Shown here piece after piece: positions 40,261 to 55,900 of a stretch of 64,000 nt of DNA (position 1 is the stretch's first letter; every line of letters starts with the position of its first letter). Made by a program: the position numbers and the translations under genes. Origin of the DNA: Eledone cirrhosa (taxonomy: Eukaryota); the NCBI GenBank assembly GCA_964016885.1, contig OZ024741.1:63426001-63490000 (forward strand), in the 5' to 3' direction. Under the pieces are notes generated by a model. That model did not search any database, was not told the DNA's origin, and saw nothing but the letters and a program-made list of their open reading frames with translations.

Positions 40261-41459
40261 TTGGATCCCAAACTCAATTTTAAATGTTTACCATTTTTTT
40301 ATTTTTTTATTTACAAGGGAATTTGTATTTTCTGGCATGTTTCTGTCAGGTCACTCTTGAGTGTTACTGGTAGCATGTAACCCAGTACAACTAGCTGCAT
40401 AGTCGGGTTGTTGGCGACTAAACCCGCAACCCCACCAAGTTTACTTGGTGAGGAGGGTGATTTTGGACGCCGTGCAAGGAAAAAAAAAACCTGACAAAAG
40501 GCGGAAGAACTCATAAGAATCAACGACCATCTAAAAAAAAAAAGAAAAAAATCCTCCTAAATCAATGAGTGGCAGTAGCTCCAGCTGCACGCATCGAAAG
40601 ACTGATGTAGTTGTTCTGAGAAAAATGCGGCTTTGCAGATGATCAATGCAAATTGACAATGAAAAGGCTCTCCCGCTCGAGTTAGAAGAGAACTATTGAC
40701 TTTCAGGAGAATCAGCGATCCCTGATTATATTCAGCAACCGAAACAAATATGAAAACATTCGTGTAAACTCGGGCGAAGGAGAAGATATATGCCTATATA
40801 TATTAGGTATGTATATATTTATACACGTTAGTGCAGTCTCGGTTACACATATTGTATTTATACAGATATAATTATATCATACACTTCGGCTGCTAGCGCA
40901 CGTTTAACTATTTATCTGACTTACCAATATGGGCAATAATTATATGCAAATTAGTATGTCCATTTATGAATAATGCCAATAGCAAATGGATATATATACC
41001 CATCAAACACATGCTTTGTTGTGGCTGATTGGATGATACACATGTCTTCTGGTGAGGGTTCAATTGGATCCGAAAATTCGTTTAAAGATGTTTATCATTT
41101 TTTTTTTTTTTCAATTTACGGGGAGGTTCGTATTTTGTGACATATTTACATGCCTTCATATTAGATATGTTTATATATTTATACACGTTGGTGCACTCTC
41201 GGTTACACAATGTATTTTTTACGTAAACACAGTTACCATATAATTGAGATCGAATATGAAGAGATATTCGGAGCAGAATCTTGTGAAATGTAAATTTTGG
41301 ATAAAGATACGCATTGTGCGGCAACTTATTGGGATTATGCTCTCACTCACCCCTCCTCTCTCCTTCTCCATCTATCTATCTCCTTCTAAATTTCATTCAT
41401 ATATAAACACACAGGTATTTATGTATATATATATGTGTGTGTGTGTGTGTATATATATG

Positions 41460-41493
<34 letters not shown>

Positions 41494-43035
41494 CACTACA
41501 TACATATTTACTCAACATTTTCAGCTAATTCTCGTCTTTCTGATTCCATATACTGCATTGTTTAAAAGTGTGAAGAATTAGGAATGTCTATATTACCAAA
41601 AGAAAAAGAAATTTATGTGAAACCAATGCATAAATTATAATCTTCTCTGCTCACTAATAGCAAGATTATGAAGTGATGAAGGTGGACCGAGAAATAAGCA
41701 AATTTAACAAAAGTTTTGAAACAAAGGAACAACTACATAAATAAAATTATAATATTACTTGTTTTTTTAAATTAACAATAGACATTTCGCAAAATGGAAA
41801 TTTAATGACAAAAACTAGTTGAGAAAAAAATTATTTTCAGAGCATTCGATAATATAATTGAAGTAGTTTTAGTTCTGAGAATAACATATCACACTTCAAT
41901 AATAAATATCACTCTGCACTACACCTTCTCATAGCGCTTAGTGTATATATCTAATATCTTCAGTATAAGTTGATAATACAATTTAAAAGAATGCCAAAGA
42001 AAAAAATAAAAGTACCGAGAGACGTTAAAAATTGCCAAAAAAAAATACACTATGATATAAATAACAAGCTGAAGTTAAAACAATAAATGAAGACTTTTTA
42101 CATTTTCTTTCTCTCACAACCACACACAAACACACGTGCACAAACGGATACATATAACTATATAAAGGTATGCATGTGTAGAAATACATACACACTAAAA
42201 TGTTTTTGTGAGTATATTATACGCAATTTAACCAATGATAGTCGGTAGTTTATTGAAGTATATAAATGGACCTATGTCAATTTCGATCGTGAATATTTTA
42301 TCATCTTCATTGTCTATTCATTCAAATAGTTTGAAAGCGAATGAGAATTCCACAGATACGTGTACTCTTAGTGTAATGCTTAAGGTACAATAAGCGAGAC
42401 AGTGTGTGACTCGGCTGAAGTACAGGTATAATCCAATCTGAGGCCGTGGTAATAACTAGTACTAAATACAAAATTGAAAATGCATTCTCCGGACCATATT
42501 CCACCTCACTCAACAACCAGCTATGATTGCCACCTTCTCAATTTTTTCTTTTATTTCTATACACAGTTTACTCTCCTACATCATCTTCTAAATCTCTAAT
42601 CCTCCTATACCTATCGTCATTTAAATTCGTCTTCTTCCCACTCTCTCCGCATTCTCTTTTAACTTCCACTTAATTATACCTTCTCGTACTTATCAATGTG
42701 TTTGTAACTATCCTCTCTAATTACACCAACTACAGAACTAATCGATATTTCCATTTGTTTATAAGATACTACATGGTTTTAGAATTGCAAACTGAATTTA
42801 TGATAAGTGTGGGTAAGTAAATGCACAGTGATACAGTGACACTTGCACACTAATTGTCTGTTTCGATTGTTCTACTGCGTGAATATAAATTTTAACTCAC
42901 CTTACCTCCCTTTAAACCCATTAAGCGAAAGAGGTTGAACAAATTTGTACTATTATAACAAACAATTTCTCTTCCTAACAGAACCGAAACAAACATCACT
43001 ATTCAAATAAGTTATTGAATTTCACAGAATATGTA

Positions 43036-43124
<89 letters not shown>

Positions 43125-43871
43125 TAATAAGGACGATGAAGTTTCGTTTACATGTATTTACATATTTATTGTGTAGCTACCTGTTATATATATATAGAGA
43201 GAGAGACCCACAAACATATTTATGTGTGTGATGCGGCTAGTATGCGTATCCTCTAAACACACAAGAAAGAGGGCGAGAAAGATTTAGTGGAATATAATTA
43301 TAAATTAATCGACTTACTAAAAATAGCAATAATTATGTAAGCTTCTGAGAACGGGAATGGCAGCACCAACTAATATGCAGAATCTGTTGGAGTTCATCCA
43401 TCGTCCCGGGCCCTTAACAGAAGTAATTGATGTCGCAAATAATTTTATTGTACGCTTATTTGTGGTGCATGGATGGATGGATACTCATCTGTGTTCATAT
43501 TCTTCAAATGTCCCCCAACAGAGCAAGACACAACCATTTTCCTTGAAATTCTAACAAAAAGAACTTCTTAATAGAATATGTGCCTATTCTCTGTTGTTAT
43601 GAACATTCGCATGCATGGATGGAAGCATTGTGATTTCTTTTATTCGCAGTTCCACTCTTCCACATGCAAACACACATTACCTAGTTTTATAGTTCAAATT
43701 TTTGTAACCTTGAAGCAAATTTCCGCCATTGGAATATTGAACACCAAGAGGTTGCTATTTACATATGAATGTATTTAAGAATGCATGAATATATTTATGC
43801 TCGCTTTTTATATATATATATAGGTAGTGTATATTATACACTCATATACATCTATATATACATATATGTGT

Positions 43872-43907
<36 letters not shown>

Positions 43908-46341
43908 GTGTGTGAGTGTGTGTGTGGATAAGGACGTATATAAATGTAACAATGTACACACATAGTTCGACTCATGCATACTTAAACTTATGGTATTTTA
44001 ACCATGTATGTATACATGGATGCAAACATCCTTTCATACACATTGGTATATATGGATATGTGAATGTTTCTATGAACATATATATTTATATGTATGCTTG
44101 AATGCATCTCATTACGATTATGTTTGTTCATATATGTGTGGATGTCACGGGAATATTGCTGATATTCATAATCTGCATCGCTACATTCCTTCTGTTCTCT
44201 TTATATCCTGAATGATACTAAGCCTTGCCAACTGAATATATAAGAATTTCGTAGGATATTGCTTTCACAAGATATATTTAATGACGTCTTTAATTTCGAA
44301 ACATTTCAATTAATTAATCTTATTCGAGTTATCTACCTGGTGTGCTGTTTCTAGCTTTTAAATGCACACGAGGAAACTGTTAACAGATAATTTATAGTAA
44401 TCAACATTTTACAAAACACAATATTATATATATATGTATATTTATAGGCAGAGAGCTCTCTTGGTTTATTTTATCTTACCTGTATTGTTGACACACTTAT
44501 ATTTGTCTTTGTATCAGTGAATGTTTAGAAGATATAGATAGACATACGTACATATATACCTGTACATATATACTATGCGCACACATCTGTGTGTGTGTGA
44601 GTGTGTGACAATTTCTGTGCATTTGTGCACATCATTTTTGTTTAGCTAGTTATGGTGTTCCTACCATCTTTTATTCAAATATGATATATTTAGGCCTACA
44701 TCATCCAATGTGTCCATCCCCAAAAGTACATGTCTATTTCAAATTTCTGTTCTTTTAGTTTGTTTTCAATCTTAATCGAGCAAACCATTCCTCAACTGCA
44801 TTCCAGTTCATTTCATTCTAGCGGTGTATCTAAATGTCCTTTTTAAAGTGTTATTTAAAAGAGGTGCGGGTAGCAAGTTATTATTTTTTTAATTCACTCA
44901 ATAGATTTCACATAAATGATAAATAATGTTCATTAGCTGCACATGAGTACTGAGTATAAACTATGAAAGATTATCTTGTTCATCTAAGATATTACAATGA
45001 TCCACTATTTTTATTATTTGTTGTTGCTTTTTTAATATCAAATTAATTTTCTTCCAGCTCCCTTAACCGAACTCTCGTAAATATTAAGTACATTAGTTGC
45101 ATCCGAGAATTTAGCATGTAAATCCCTTGCGTAATGCATGTTGCAAACTAGAACATGCCATTTGAAAATGAAATTTTAATGTATGACAATGCTGCAACGA
45201 ATTCTCTTTATACAGTAACTTCTCCCGAATCATCTTGTGGCTGAAAGGGGTATCACTTTAAATGTTTCCTCACTATCGTTGAATTATCCATGTTCGGATA
45301 TTCTCTGCAGCAGTGATCTGTCGAGTCATTGTAAATGACACTTAACAGATATTCAATACCAGAAGGTAATTCTTCTGCAGCTTGGGAATATTCTAGATGA
45401 AAATCAATAGACAGAATCATAATGGGATAATGTAATTTCATTAATGTTTAAAGTTAATCATTAATGCTACAAAGGTTTATAGCTTCCTCCATTGAAATAG
45501 CAAAATCATTTTTTTAAATATTAATTCCCACATCACTCAACTATTTCAACGACTTGATGCCACACTTCAGCAATAGTTCTGGAACAAGAATTAGCCATCG
45601 AAACTGCGATATAATTATATTTTATCGTGTATTGTTATATATTTAACGCACATAACAGTCACTTCTTTTAACAATATCCATTGGCTTATCTAATATGTCT
45701 AGACATTTTTCTGTCAATAATCATTTAGAAATAAAGGTTGATTTTTATGATTAAATATTGTTCAATGGAGTTTAAATGCAACTTCAATTGAAGTTCTACC
45801 AATACGTTGTAACGGCTTGAAGCTAAAATTACTATTGTGACGACTATAATTGGTTACAATTACGATATATTGCATTTGGAAATAACTGCACCTTTTTGAT
45901 CCGCTCAAATTCCCGTTAGTTTTGTTAAAACGGTTTTGTGACTTCGTATTTCAGGATAACACACTTTACGTAAAACAGCTTTATACTTCGTCCCAGTTTG
46001 GCAATTTTGGAAGTGTTACCCAGAATTTTCGAGAGCTTATCGTACAATACCGAATTGATTATTGTGTAATAAAGTGTAAAAAGATGTATTTTATTAATAT
46101 TTAAGTTGTTCAGGCTACGAACCACCCCGGTTCCCTTGATATAGAAGGTACTATAGACCCAAACAAGGAATTAATATATTACAATATACTAATTGTGTTA
46201 CATTAACAAAAGATTTTTAATTTAAATTAATTATAAGCAATTCTGAATTTATAGACTGAAATCAAGATAAGAATATTTTAGACTATGGACTATGCAAGCG
46301 TAATATTTGCTTGAAGAATTTGTTGAGAACATGTACTTCAA

Positions 46342-46536
46342 TTATCAGTGCCGAATAATACTGTGATATAACCAATACCGAATAATACTGTGATATAATC
46401 AATCCCGAATAATACTGTGATATAATCAATACCGAATAATACTGTGATATAATCAATCCCGAATAATACTGTGATATAATCAATACCGAATAATACTGTG
46501 ATATAATCAATACCGAATAATACTATGATATAATCA
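46342..46536. repeat. 27-bp minisatellite, about 7 copies
   Basis: ccgaataatactgtgatataatcaata in tandem. Confidence 0.95.
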
Positions 46537-46893
46537 GCTAGAAATGATCGGTGATGATATATTTCAAACGTTCATCGAACTTCGCAGCAATGCCGATCAA
46601 GGCAGCTAGGATTTCGTTGGCCTTTGTATTGCTGGTGCAATATATTGAACGTAAATAAAAACTTATACGCCGTGGCTTCTCTGGTGACAGGAGGTGGGAT
46701 TTGAACTCAGGACGTACAGAGTTAAATAATGATGGGCAAAGTTGAGCTGGGTGGGATTTGAACTCAGAGCACACGGAACAACAACAAATGCCGCTAAGCA
46801 TTTTAATTGACACCCACCACAGACACTGCTAATTTGCTGTAGCACAATAATGCATATAATATTATGAATAATAATGACTTCTGATATAGGCAG

Positions 46894-47522
<629 letters not shown>

Positions 47523-47852
47523 AAATCATATGGTACTGTTAGACTAAAGAACAACATGAACGTAGCAATGAGAATATAGTCAGAAATGGGAATATAGTAA
47601 ATATATAAATGTTTTCGCACAAGTATATCTTAAGCACAATTGAAATACAGCACCCATTTTAGTACTCACCATCTTTTACACGGGTTCCTAGTTAATGACT
47701 TTCTTCCGCTTATAAAGGAGTTCAGTCACGAATACAATTAACTTGTCAGCTTTTGATATCCGATCATGGTATTATGGTGTTATCTACGTCATTAAATAGA
47801 ATATTTCTCAGCACTGAATATCTGTAATTGTACACACACACACACACATATA

Positions 47853-47903
47853 TCATCATCATCATCGTTTAACGTCCGTGTTCCACGCTTGCATGGGTTT
47901 GGG
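47853..47903 (-). mobile_element. Extreme 3' end of the RTE family at 49671
   Basis: (cat)n gtttaacgtcc..ccacgcttgcatgggtttgg matches 49680-49732. Confidence 0.8.
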
Positions 47904-48504
47904 ATATATATATATGTATGTATATATATGTGTGCAAGTGTGTGTATATATATAATACATGTATATATGTATATATATATATAAAAATATATATGTATAG
48001 AGGAGAAACAATGAGTGAGAGAATGATGGAGGGTTGTGCTTTCTCGCTGTTTTGTATTACAATTAAGAAGAGAAATTATTCATTGCTATTAGGTAGACTG
48101 GAATAACATTGTATGCCTGAGATGAAAGAATAGTGGTCACGTAGCTGAAAATCGACCCTCAGAATATTGTTGCTGGAACAGTGCTGTAACAATCCATCTA
48201 ATTCTAAGTACTTAGCACATAGGGCTATAGCTTTGATGTTAGCGGCGTGTAGATTTCTATAATTGATGAAAGTTTAATAGAGCTGGCGCGCCGAGTCAAA
48301 TCAAGAGTGGTGCTATTATTTTATCTTCCTGAAAACAATAGGACTAATCACGTATTCCTAGATTGGATCTTAATATCTTTATTTGTCTGAAATTAATAGG
48401 TAGTTATAAAATCATTGCTTAATATATCCTGATTGCACTATATGTAATTAGCTACACACACACTCACGCACACACACACACGCGCAATTATTATTATCCC
48501 CGTC

Positions 48505-49255
48505 AATTATATTGTCCCCTATATGTCGGCCCTTGTGGCCAATAAATGAAACCATTATTATTATTTGGCAGTATTGGTAGAAGGTCGGACGCCATGATTT
48601 CCAGGAGTGAGTTACGTCCCTTTACGGACTGAGTTCAAATGCCGCCGAGGTTAAATTCGCCTTTCATCCTTACGGGGTCGATAAAATAAAGTACCAGTAA
48701 TGTACTGCGTAATTGCTGGCCTTGTGCCAAAAGTAGACACAATTATTATTGGTAGTTGCAGTGAATAGACGGACTATCGTGAGCTCGAGTAAGTTTGTTA
48801 TTTCCACGGTTTTACATACGTTTGTTATTGATATTTTTGTTGAAAGGTGGATGAGCGAGGCAAGAATGACCCGTGTGAATGGGCCTGCTCTGAGCGTGAG
48901 CCTGTAGTATCGAAGGAAGGAAAACTGGAAGAGGGCGTTTGCCCTAGCGGTCAGGGTGACTGTGGCTTTTTTGTGGGTTTTCTCCACGAGTGACCCTGCC
49001 GACTATAGACACCGTTGCAGGATGCATGAAGTAGACGTACACAGTCTGCAGTTGTGGCCAATAAATGTTACGTGTATGTTACATAATAATTCTTTCTACA
49101 TTTGGCACAAAACCATCAATTACTGGTATATGATTTTATTGACCCAATAAGGATGAAAAGTAAAGCTGACCTCACCGGGATGTGAACTCACGACGTAAAG
49201 CGCCTTAACTTTACATCGAAAAGCGTGTGATCCGACGCTCTACCGATACTGCCAA
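48505..49255. mobile_element. Cluster: L1/Tx1 3' tails (48505-48552, 48835-49067) and SINEs (48566-48748 +, 49095-49255 -)
   Basis: gtcggcccttgtggccaataaatgaaa matches 9848-9874; 48840-48908 matches 9530-9598; SINE cores present. Confidence 0.75.
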
Positions 49256-49612
49256 AATAATAATAAATTGGCTCTCCTGTTCCAAACAGTGTTTGTTTCC
49301 CTTTTTTCTATTAGGACTAAGGTTGGTGGTTTGTGTGAGCGTGTCGTGTCTGTGACTGTGTTTGTGTTCTCTTCTTATAGTCGGGTTGATGGGTGGGGGG
49401 GGGGGGATAACTCTCTTGATTTCTTTCTGATCGAAGCTAACGTTGGCCTTTGCTGAGGATAGGGATAAGGTAAAGTCGAGCAGACTTAGGAGAGCATCGG
49501 CTGTTGAGTGTTCGATGTCAAACATAATGGTGGTGAGTAGTTCATTAAACATTTTATATATTTCCTCTGCTTCATACTTGGATCGGTTTAGCAAACGAGC
49601 GTGATATACATG

Positions 49613-49670
<58 letters not shown>

Positions 49671-49673
<3 letters not shown>

Positions 49674-52235
49674 TCATCCTCATCATCATCATCATCGTTT
49701 AACGTCCATATTCCACGCTTGCATGGGTTTGGACGGGAGTTTTCCCACTTGAGGCAAGAATGGTTGTCTTGCTCGCATAGGACTGTCTGGCGGGTTTTCT
49801 ACGGCTGGATGCCCTTCCTAACACCAACCACAATTACAGTGTGGAACTGGGACGTTTTTACTGTGTTACTTACACGGCCACATTAAAGCGTGGACTGTGT
49901 TTTTTTGTCGTGACACCTACACGACCTCATTTGTTTCGGCCTGGATGTTGTGGTACCAACATAACTTTACATTGAAAGGGGCGGTGTGGATTGGGTGGGT
50001 GTAGTGGGACGGGGGTGTATTTTGTTAGAGGTGCCTACTGACTGTAGTAGGTTTTACTTTGTATTTAGGTAAGGCGGGTCTTCTCTATTACTGAGTACCG
50101 CCAAAGATCTCGGTCCAGTGACATTGTCTTGGAGAGGTGTAAGTGTGTGAGATCGGAATTTATCAAGTCGTCCCAGGTTTTTCTGGGTCTGCCTACTCCG
50201 TGGCTACCGTCTATTTTTATTGCCCTGCACTTTTTTATACAGCTGTCGTCTTTCATGCGCATCACGTGACCATACCAACGTAGCCTTCTCTCGAGTAAAC
50301 AACATCTGATCCCTCTTATCTCTAATTTTTCCTTTAGTTCGTTAATGCTTTGCCGTTCACGTATATTACTATTACACATCCAGCGGAGCATGCAAGCTTC
50401 GTTCCTCTCTAGTCTGCGTATATCCTCTGCACACAATGCCCAGGTCTCACTGTCATGCAACATTGCTGTTCGTATGCAGGCATCATACAGCCTGCCTTTC
50501 ATTTTTAGGGAGAACCCTTTAGCGGCTAATAGTGGTATAAGCTCTCTGAACTTTTTCCATCCAGTTCTGACTCTAGCTACTGTACTTTCAGAGCACCCTC
50601 CCCCACTGCTGATTTTGTCACCCAGGTAACGGAAGCTGTCCATTATTTCTATAGAACCCTCTGTGCAATTGAAAGAGCTAGTATTTGTGGGCACTTGCTG
50701 CTACTTATTGCACCAGAGCACCGGCCACATGTAAAATCTATGTTCTTAGTTAGCTTACCTGTGATCCCACTACATCTTTTATGCACCCATACTTTGCATT
50801 TGGGACATAAAATGGAGTTTCTACCTACGCGTTACCTACACACTGAGCATGGCCATTTCCCGGATGGGACGGGTGCCCTATTTTCCTTCCTACAAACTAG
50901 AACTTTAGTCTTAGCCAGGTTAATTTTAAGGCCTTTTGATTCTAGGCGGTGCTTCCATGTTTGGAATTTCTTCTCTAGTTCGGCCATTGATTCAGCTATG
51001 AGCGTTAGATCATCTGCGTATAGGAGTTCCCATGGGCAACCGGTCTTGAACTCCACTGTTATAGCCTGAAGGGCAATAATAAATAGTAGGGGGTTAAGAA
51101 CGGAGCCCTGATGAACACCAACTGTTACGCTAAACTCTTCACTATATTCGTTGTTAATCCTAACCTTGCTGACTGTTTCTTTATACATGGCTTGTATAGC
51201 TCTCACAAGCCATTCATCAACACCTAGTTTTCTAAGAGCCCACCAGATAATGGAACGGGGGACTCTGTCGAAGGCTTTCTCCAAGTCGACTAAAGCTAAG
51301 TATAGGGGTTTACTTTTAGCTAGCTACTTCTCCTGTAGTCGTGCAATGAAAAGAGCGTATGTGGTACTTTTTCCTGACACAAACCCGAACTGCATTTCAT
51401 CTAGATCAATTCTCTCTCTGATTAGTTGCGCTATTATTTTTTCCGTGACCTTCATGACCTGGTCGATTAATTTAATCCCTCTATAGTTACTCCTATCTAG
51501 GGCATCTCCTTTACCCTTGTAACAGTTAATGATGATGCTGCTACGCCAGTCCTTCGCCATTCTGTATGACTTGGTTTACTATCCGGGTGACCATGGTGTG
51601 TCCCACCGTTCCAGAGGCTTTCAGCATCTCAGCAACTATTTCCGAAGGCCCAGCCGCCTTACCCGTCTTCATATCTTTGATTGCCTTACTTATTATACTA
51701 CCTTCGACTAACACTGCTGGTCCCTCTATTGGGTCGATGTGGAGGAGACTGTCTTTCTCCCATTTATTCTCCTCATTTAGTAGCCTTTCGTAGTAACACT
51801 TCCAAGCTAACTTCTTATCAGCGTCAGTGATGGCAAGTACACCATCATCATTAAGTACACACTTCTCCCCGACAATATCACGGTTTTCCTTGACACATTG
51901 CTTAGCAATCCTGAACACCTCACGTTTTTGGTCCTCGCGTTGTAGAACATGCTTGAACTTTCTTTTCTCTGCTTCCCTTCTTGCGAAGTACACTTGTCTC
52001 CTAGCTTCCCTCCTGGCCACTTGATAGTCTTCTCTACTTCCCCCATCCCGCCATACTTTCCAAGCCTGCTTTTTGGCCTTAATTGACTCCTCCACCTTAC
52101 AGTTCCACCACCATGTTACTCTCCTCCTGCATATAGGCCTGCTCCAGCCACAGACTTCGTCTGCCGCCATCAGCAGGTTTGCTTTCAGGAATTCCCACTG
52201 TTCCTCTATATTGTACGACTCTAAATGCTCTTCCT

Positions 52236-52238
<3 letters not shown>
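49671..52238 (-). mobile_element. 5'-truncated RTE-clade LINE, decayed, with (GAT)n tail
   Basis: KGKGDALDRSNYRGIKL, EKAFDRVPR, GVHQGSVL, LLYADDL, FRYLG, RLRWYGHV, GRPRKTW; in-frame stops and frameshifts; TA flanks. Confidence 0.93.
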
Positions 52239-52278
<40 letters not shown>

Positions 52279-52384
52279 TTTACACATACACCAATTAAAC
52301 AAAGTCATAGGTATATATGTGTTTTTGCAACTTTTCACGTTGTGGCTCAATGGAGAATTAATAAATTAATCAGAGCGAAATACT

Positions 52385-52770
52385 AGAGTAAAGCATGTCC
52401 AGACAATTATTTGATAATATATACATCATCTCTACTCCCAATCAGCACAATAACCACACAAAAAATCAATTAGACCAGGCTATAAGAATAAAAGGCAACT
52501 ATGAAGAAACAGTAAACAAATACGCCTAATTATGTATGGTTCACCGTATATTTAATTAATTTCCATGTGCTGTTAAAATTTTGGATAAATACTCTATAGC
52601 GGTTGCACGCGAAGACGCCGCGATGGCGTATTTATTTACTGTTTCTCCATGGATGCCTTTTATTCTTATAGCCTGGTCTAATTGATTTTTTGTGTGGTTA
52701 ATTGTGCTGATTAGGAGTAGAGATGATGTATATATATTATCAAATAATTCTCTGGACATGCTTTACTCTA
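52385..52770. repeat. ~140-bp inverted repeat, probably PLE 5' remnants
   Basis: 52385-52526 vs 52626-52770; each arm starts a short ATG reading frame (MSRELFDN...); between TA tracts. Confidence 0.6.
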
Positions 52771-52798
52771 TAGTATATATATATATATATATATATAT

Positions 52799-52913
52799 AG
52801 GAACGAAACGGCTTGAGCTCTGCCGTCGGAGTCATACTTGTTCCTACTACCCACTCTACTACACTAAGTATTGAGTATTTTGGTGCGTTATGGTCCATCT
52901 GGTTCCTTACCAC

Positions 52914-52977
<64 letters not shown>

Positions 52978-53099
52978 AACGAAATGGCTTGAGCTCTGCC
53001 GTCGGAGTCATACTTGTTCCTACTACCCACTCTACTACACTAAGTATTGAGTACTTTGGTGCGTTATGGTCCATCTGGTTCCTTACCACAATTCCTTCG

Positions 53100-53102
<3 letters not shown>
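52799..53102 (+). mobile_element. Two tandem pLTR-end fragments of the 20462 PLE family, in (TA)n
   Basis: gaaacggcttgagctc...ggttccttaccaca at 52806-52914 and 52981-53102. Confidence 0.85.
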
Positions 53103-53140
<38 letters not shown>

Positions 53141-53303
53141 GAAGAGATATGTATCATAAGAGAGGAGGAGACGGAGAGGTGTGATACAGTACTCAATAGC
53201 CGAAGCAAAATTTGGTTTTAAACGAATTGCCCCTGTTCCATTTATTCCTTTTGCTTATATATATATGTATATATATATATATATATTAATATATATATAT
53301 ATA

Positions 53304-53387
<84 letters not shown>

Positions 53388-53495
53388 TATATAGAAAAGG
53401 CTGCTACAGGACTGAAACTGTCTCATTTGTATGGATCATCAAGAATATATACAGGATGGTATAGGACAGAACAAAATAACCAAAATAACAAATCG

Positions 53496-53538
53496 GTCAC
53501 TGAGGAGGTCACAGAATGTGTGACGAAAGAGCTTCGAC
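53496..53538 (+). ncRNA. Minimal hammerhead motif upstream of a pLTR-type ATG
   Basis: gtca CTGAGGA g gtcac agaatgt gtgac GAAA gagc tt cgac; atgaccctccc at 53636 is shared with 34276. Confidence 0.65.
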
Positions 53539-53718
53539 ACTAAATAAGCATCAATCCGGTTATTGAACCAGCCAACCGGAAATTTGTAATAAATTGAATT
53601 GAAAACCAGAAGCTACGTGTGTTTTTATTGGCAGCATGACCCTCCCAAAATATAACAATATCTGTTTCAATACACCTTTTCAGATGAGAAATCTGGCAAA
53701 ACAAGTTAAAAAACGAAG

Positions 53719-53783
<65 letters not shown>

Positions 53784-53880
53784 TGTGTATGTATGTGTGT
53801 GTGTGTGTTCGTAGTGCAATGATCTATAAGTATGTCTGGCTGTATTAACATTATGTATGTGGGTGGTGTGTCTGTGTATA

Positions 53881-54824
53881 TCTATATATATAAAGCTGTG
53901 ATTGTCTGTCTGTTCATCGATTTTTGGCACACATCTCCTCTTAGAATCTCTGACGGAATTGCACCGAAATTGCTATACTTGTACATTGAGCCCTAGCCAA
54001 GACATCGGAAAAACAATATTTCAAATTGACCCACCCTATGTGACGAAATCGAATCTAATGTATCGATTTTTGAGCGTAAGTGACGAGTTATTTCCCTTTG
54101 TTCTGTTTACATTGAGCGTCTTACGTTTTACGCTGGCTTTCTCAGCGTTTAAAATGACATTAACACAATACACGAACAGTTGTCGAGCCAGCAAAATTTT
54201 GACCTGCAAAATTCATCAGTTCGAACACTAAGCTTCCGTTTTGCTTCATTTCCATTTAAAAACCTTTTAAAACAATATTTTTACTTGAAAACAAGTCTAT
54301 TTAAAGACTACGTAAAACAAGCAAATATTTCGTAAAAAAAAGCAAAAATTATATAAGTTTATTTAAAATATATGTATCTGTAAATTTCGTTAGGCGTGCA
54401 GACAGACAGTCGTGCAGAGAGGTGATATACGCGTGCAGACAGACAGTCGTGCAGAGAGGTGATATACGCGTGCAGACAGACAGTCGTGCAGAGAGGTGAT
54501 ATAGGCGTGCAGACAGACATAACTGATAATTTGGTTACGCTAATGTTTTTCTCTGCGTTGCAGTGTTTACATTTTGGATCTTTGTTAATAAATAACCAGT
54601 GCAGTTTTTATCCCCAGCATCCTCTTTTGTTATAACATTCAGGTTATCGTTATGTTTTCTTAACTTCATAAGGCATATTGTTGGTTGAGGGAATATTAAT
54701 CAAAAACACCACATGCAAGTCTGCACAGTAGACACTACAGTTTTTAAGCCAAAAAAGAAACTTAACATTGTAACTTTAACACAGCTACTGAGCGACCCCG
54801 AGCAACGCCGGGCTTTACTGCTAG
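53881..54824 (+). mobile_element. Complete non-autonomous Helitron (944 bp)
   Basis: A|TC 5' end; cccgagcaacgccggg hairpin and CTAG|T 3' end; no TSD; internal 34-bp minisatellite. Confidence 0.88.
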
Positions 54825-55486
54825 TATCAAATATAAAAGAAATTATTAATGATAAATATTTATCCATTGTGTATCATTTAATTAAAGAATGACGAAACTC
54901 ATGATTAAGTTGGTCAGCTGAAGTTGAAATATGAAAAAAAATGCGTTTACGTTGCCATAGCAACCACACTATAAAATGCTACATGTGTATATGTGCTTAT
55001 ATATATATGTGTGTGTGTATGAGTGTGCTTATATGGTGTGTGTATGAGTGTGCTTATATGTGTGTGCTTTTACGTGTTGCTTTATTACTAAATGTTTTTT
55101 TTTATGTTTTTGTGAAGGAAGCAAGCTCGATTACAATAAGCTGACGTCTGAAAAGACAGGCAATGCGGAAATATTGACCAGGATGTCCCTCCGATGTTCA
55201 GTAAGATAAAGACCCCCTTCGGTCAGTATTGTCCATGGGATTTGCTCCTAGAAAGTTTCCCTCCGAGGCACAAGTCCGGGCAATTTGTTTGTGGAAGACC
55301 AGCAGTGGCCTATGCATACCAGTCTCCCCCTCTCCACGCCAAGGGAAAGACTATAGATGCGCTACCGATAGATGTTCTGTTTACAATGCACCGAAATATC
55401 CGTGATCTGTAAAAACAGCTGACGAAGGGAAAGTGTCCATCTCTTGTTTGTGTCGCCTTACCTTCTCTCTCTATATATATTTATAT

Positions 55487-55560
<74 letters not shown>

Positions 55561-55711
55561 TGTGTGTGAGTGTGTGTGTGTGTGTGTGTGTAGTGATGAT
55601 GAGAAGATATGTCAGATGTATTCAAAATTTTTCATCTGATATTTTATCAAGGAAGTTTATATTTTCTCTAATGCATTTAACATTAGAAAAATAAAACAGA
55701 ATAATAAATAA

Positions 55712-55900
55712 TGGTTTCTGCTTTAGGGTTAGGGTTAGGGTTTTTGAGGAGGGGAAAGTTGAATACATCGACCTCAATGTGTTACCGGTAATTTATTTTA
55801 TCGACCCTGTAAGGTATGAAGAGCGAAGTTAACATCGGCAGGATTTGAACCCAGAACGTAACTATGCAGCGAAGCAGCTCTATCTATATTGCCAATGCAC
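55712..55900 (-). mobile_element. Diverged main-family SINE
   Basis: ttattttatcgaccc and ggatttgaaccca motifs. Confidence 0.65.

Noticed and set aside
46342-46536. 27-bp repeat as a possible CRISPR array
   Set aside because: No unique spacers, no cas genes, eukaryotic context
55418-55445. CTGACGA aggg motif
   Set aside because: Truncated; no closing stem or GAAA in register
55722-55740. (TTAGGG)3 telomere-like motif
   Set aside because: Only three units within a SINE tail; too short to support telomere healing
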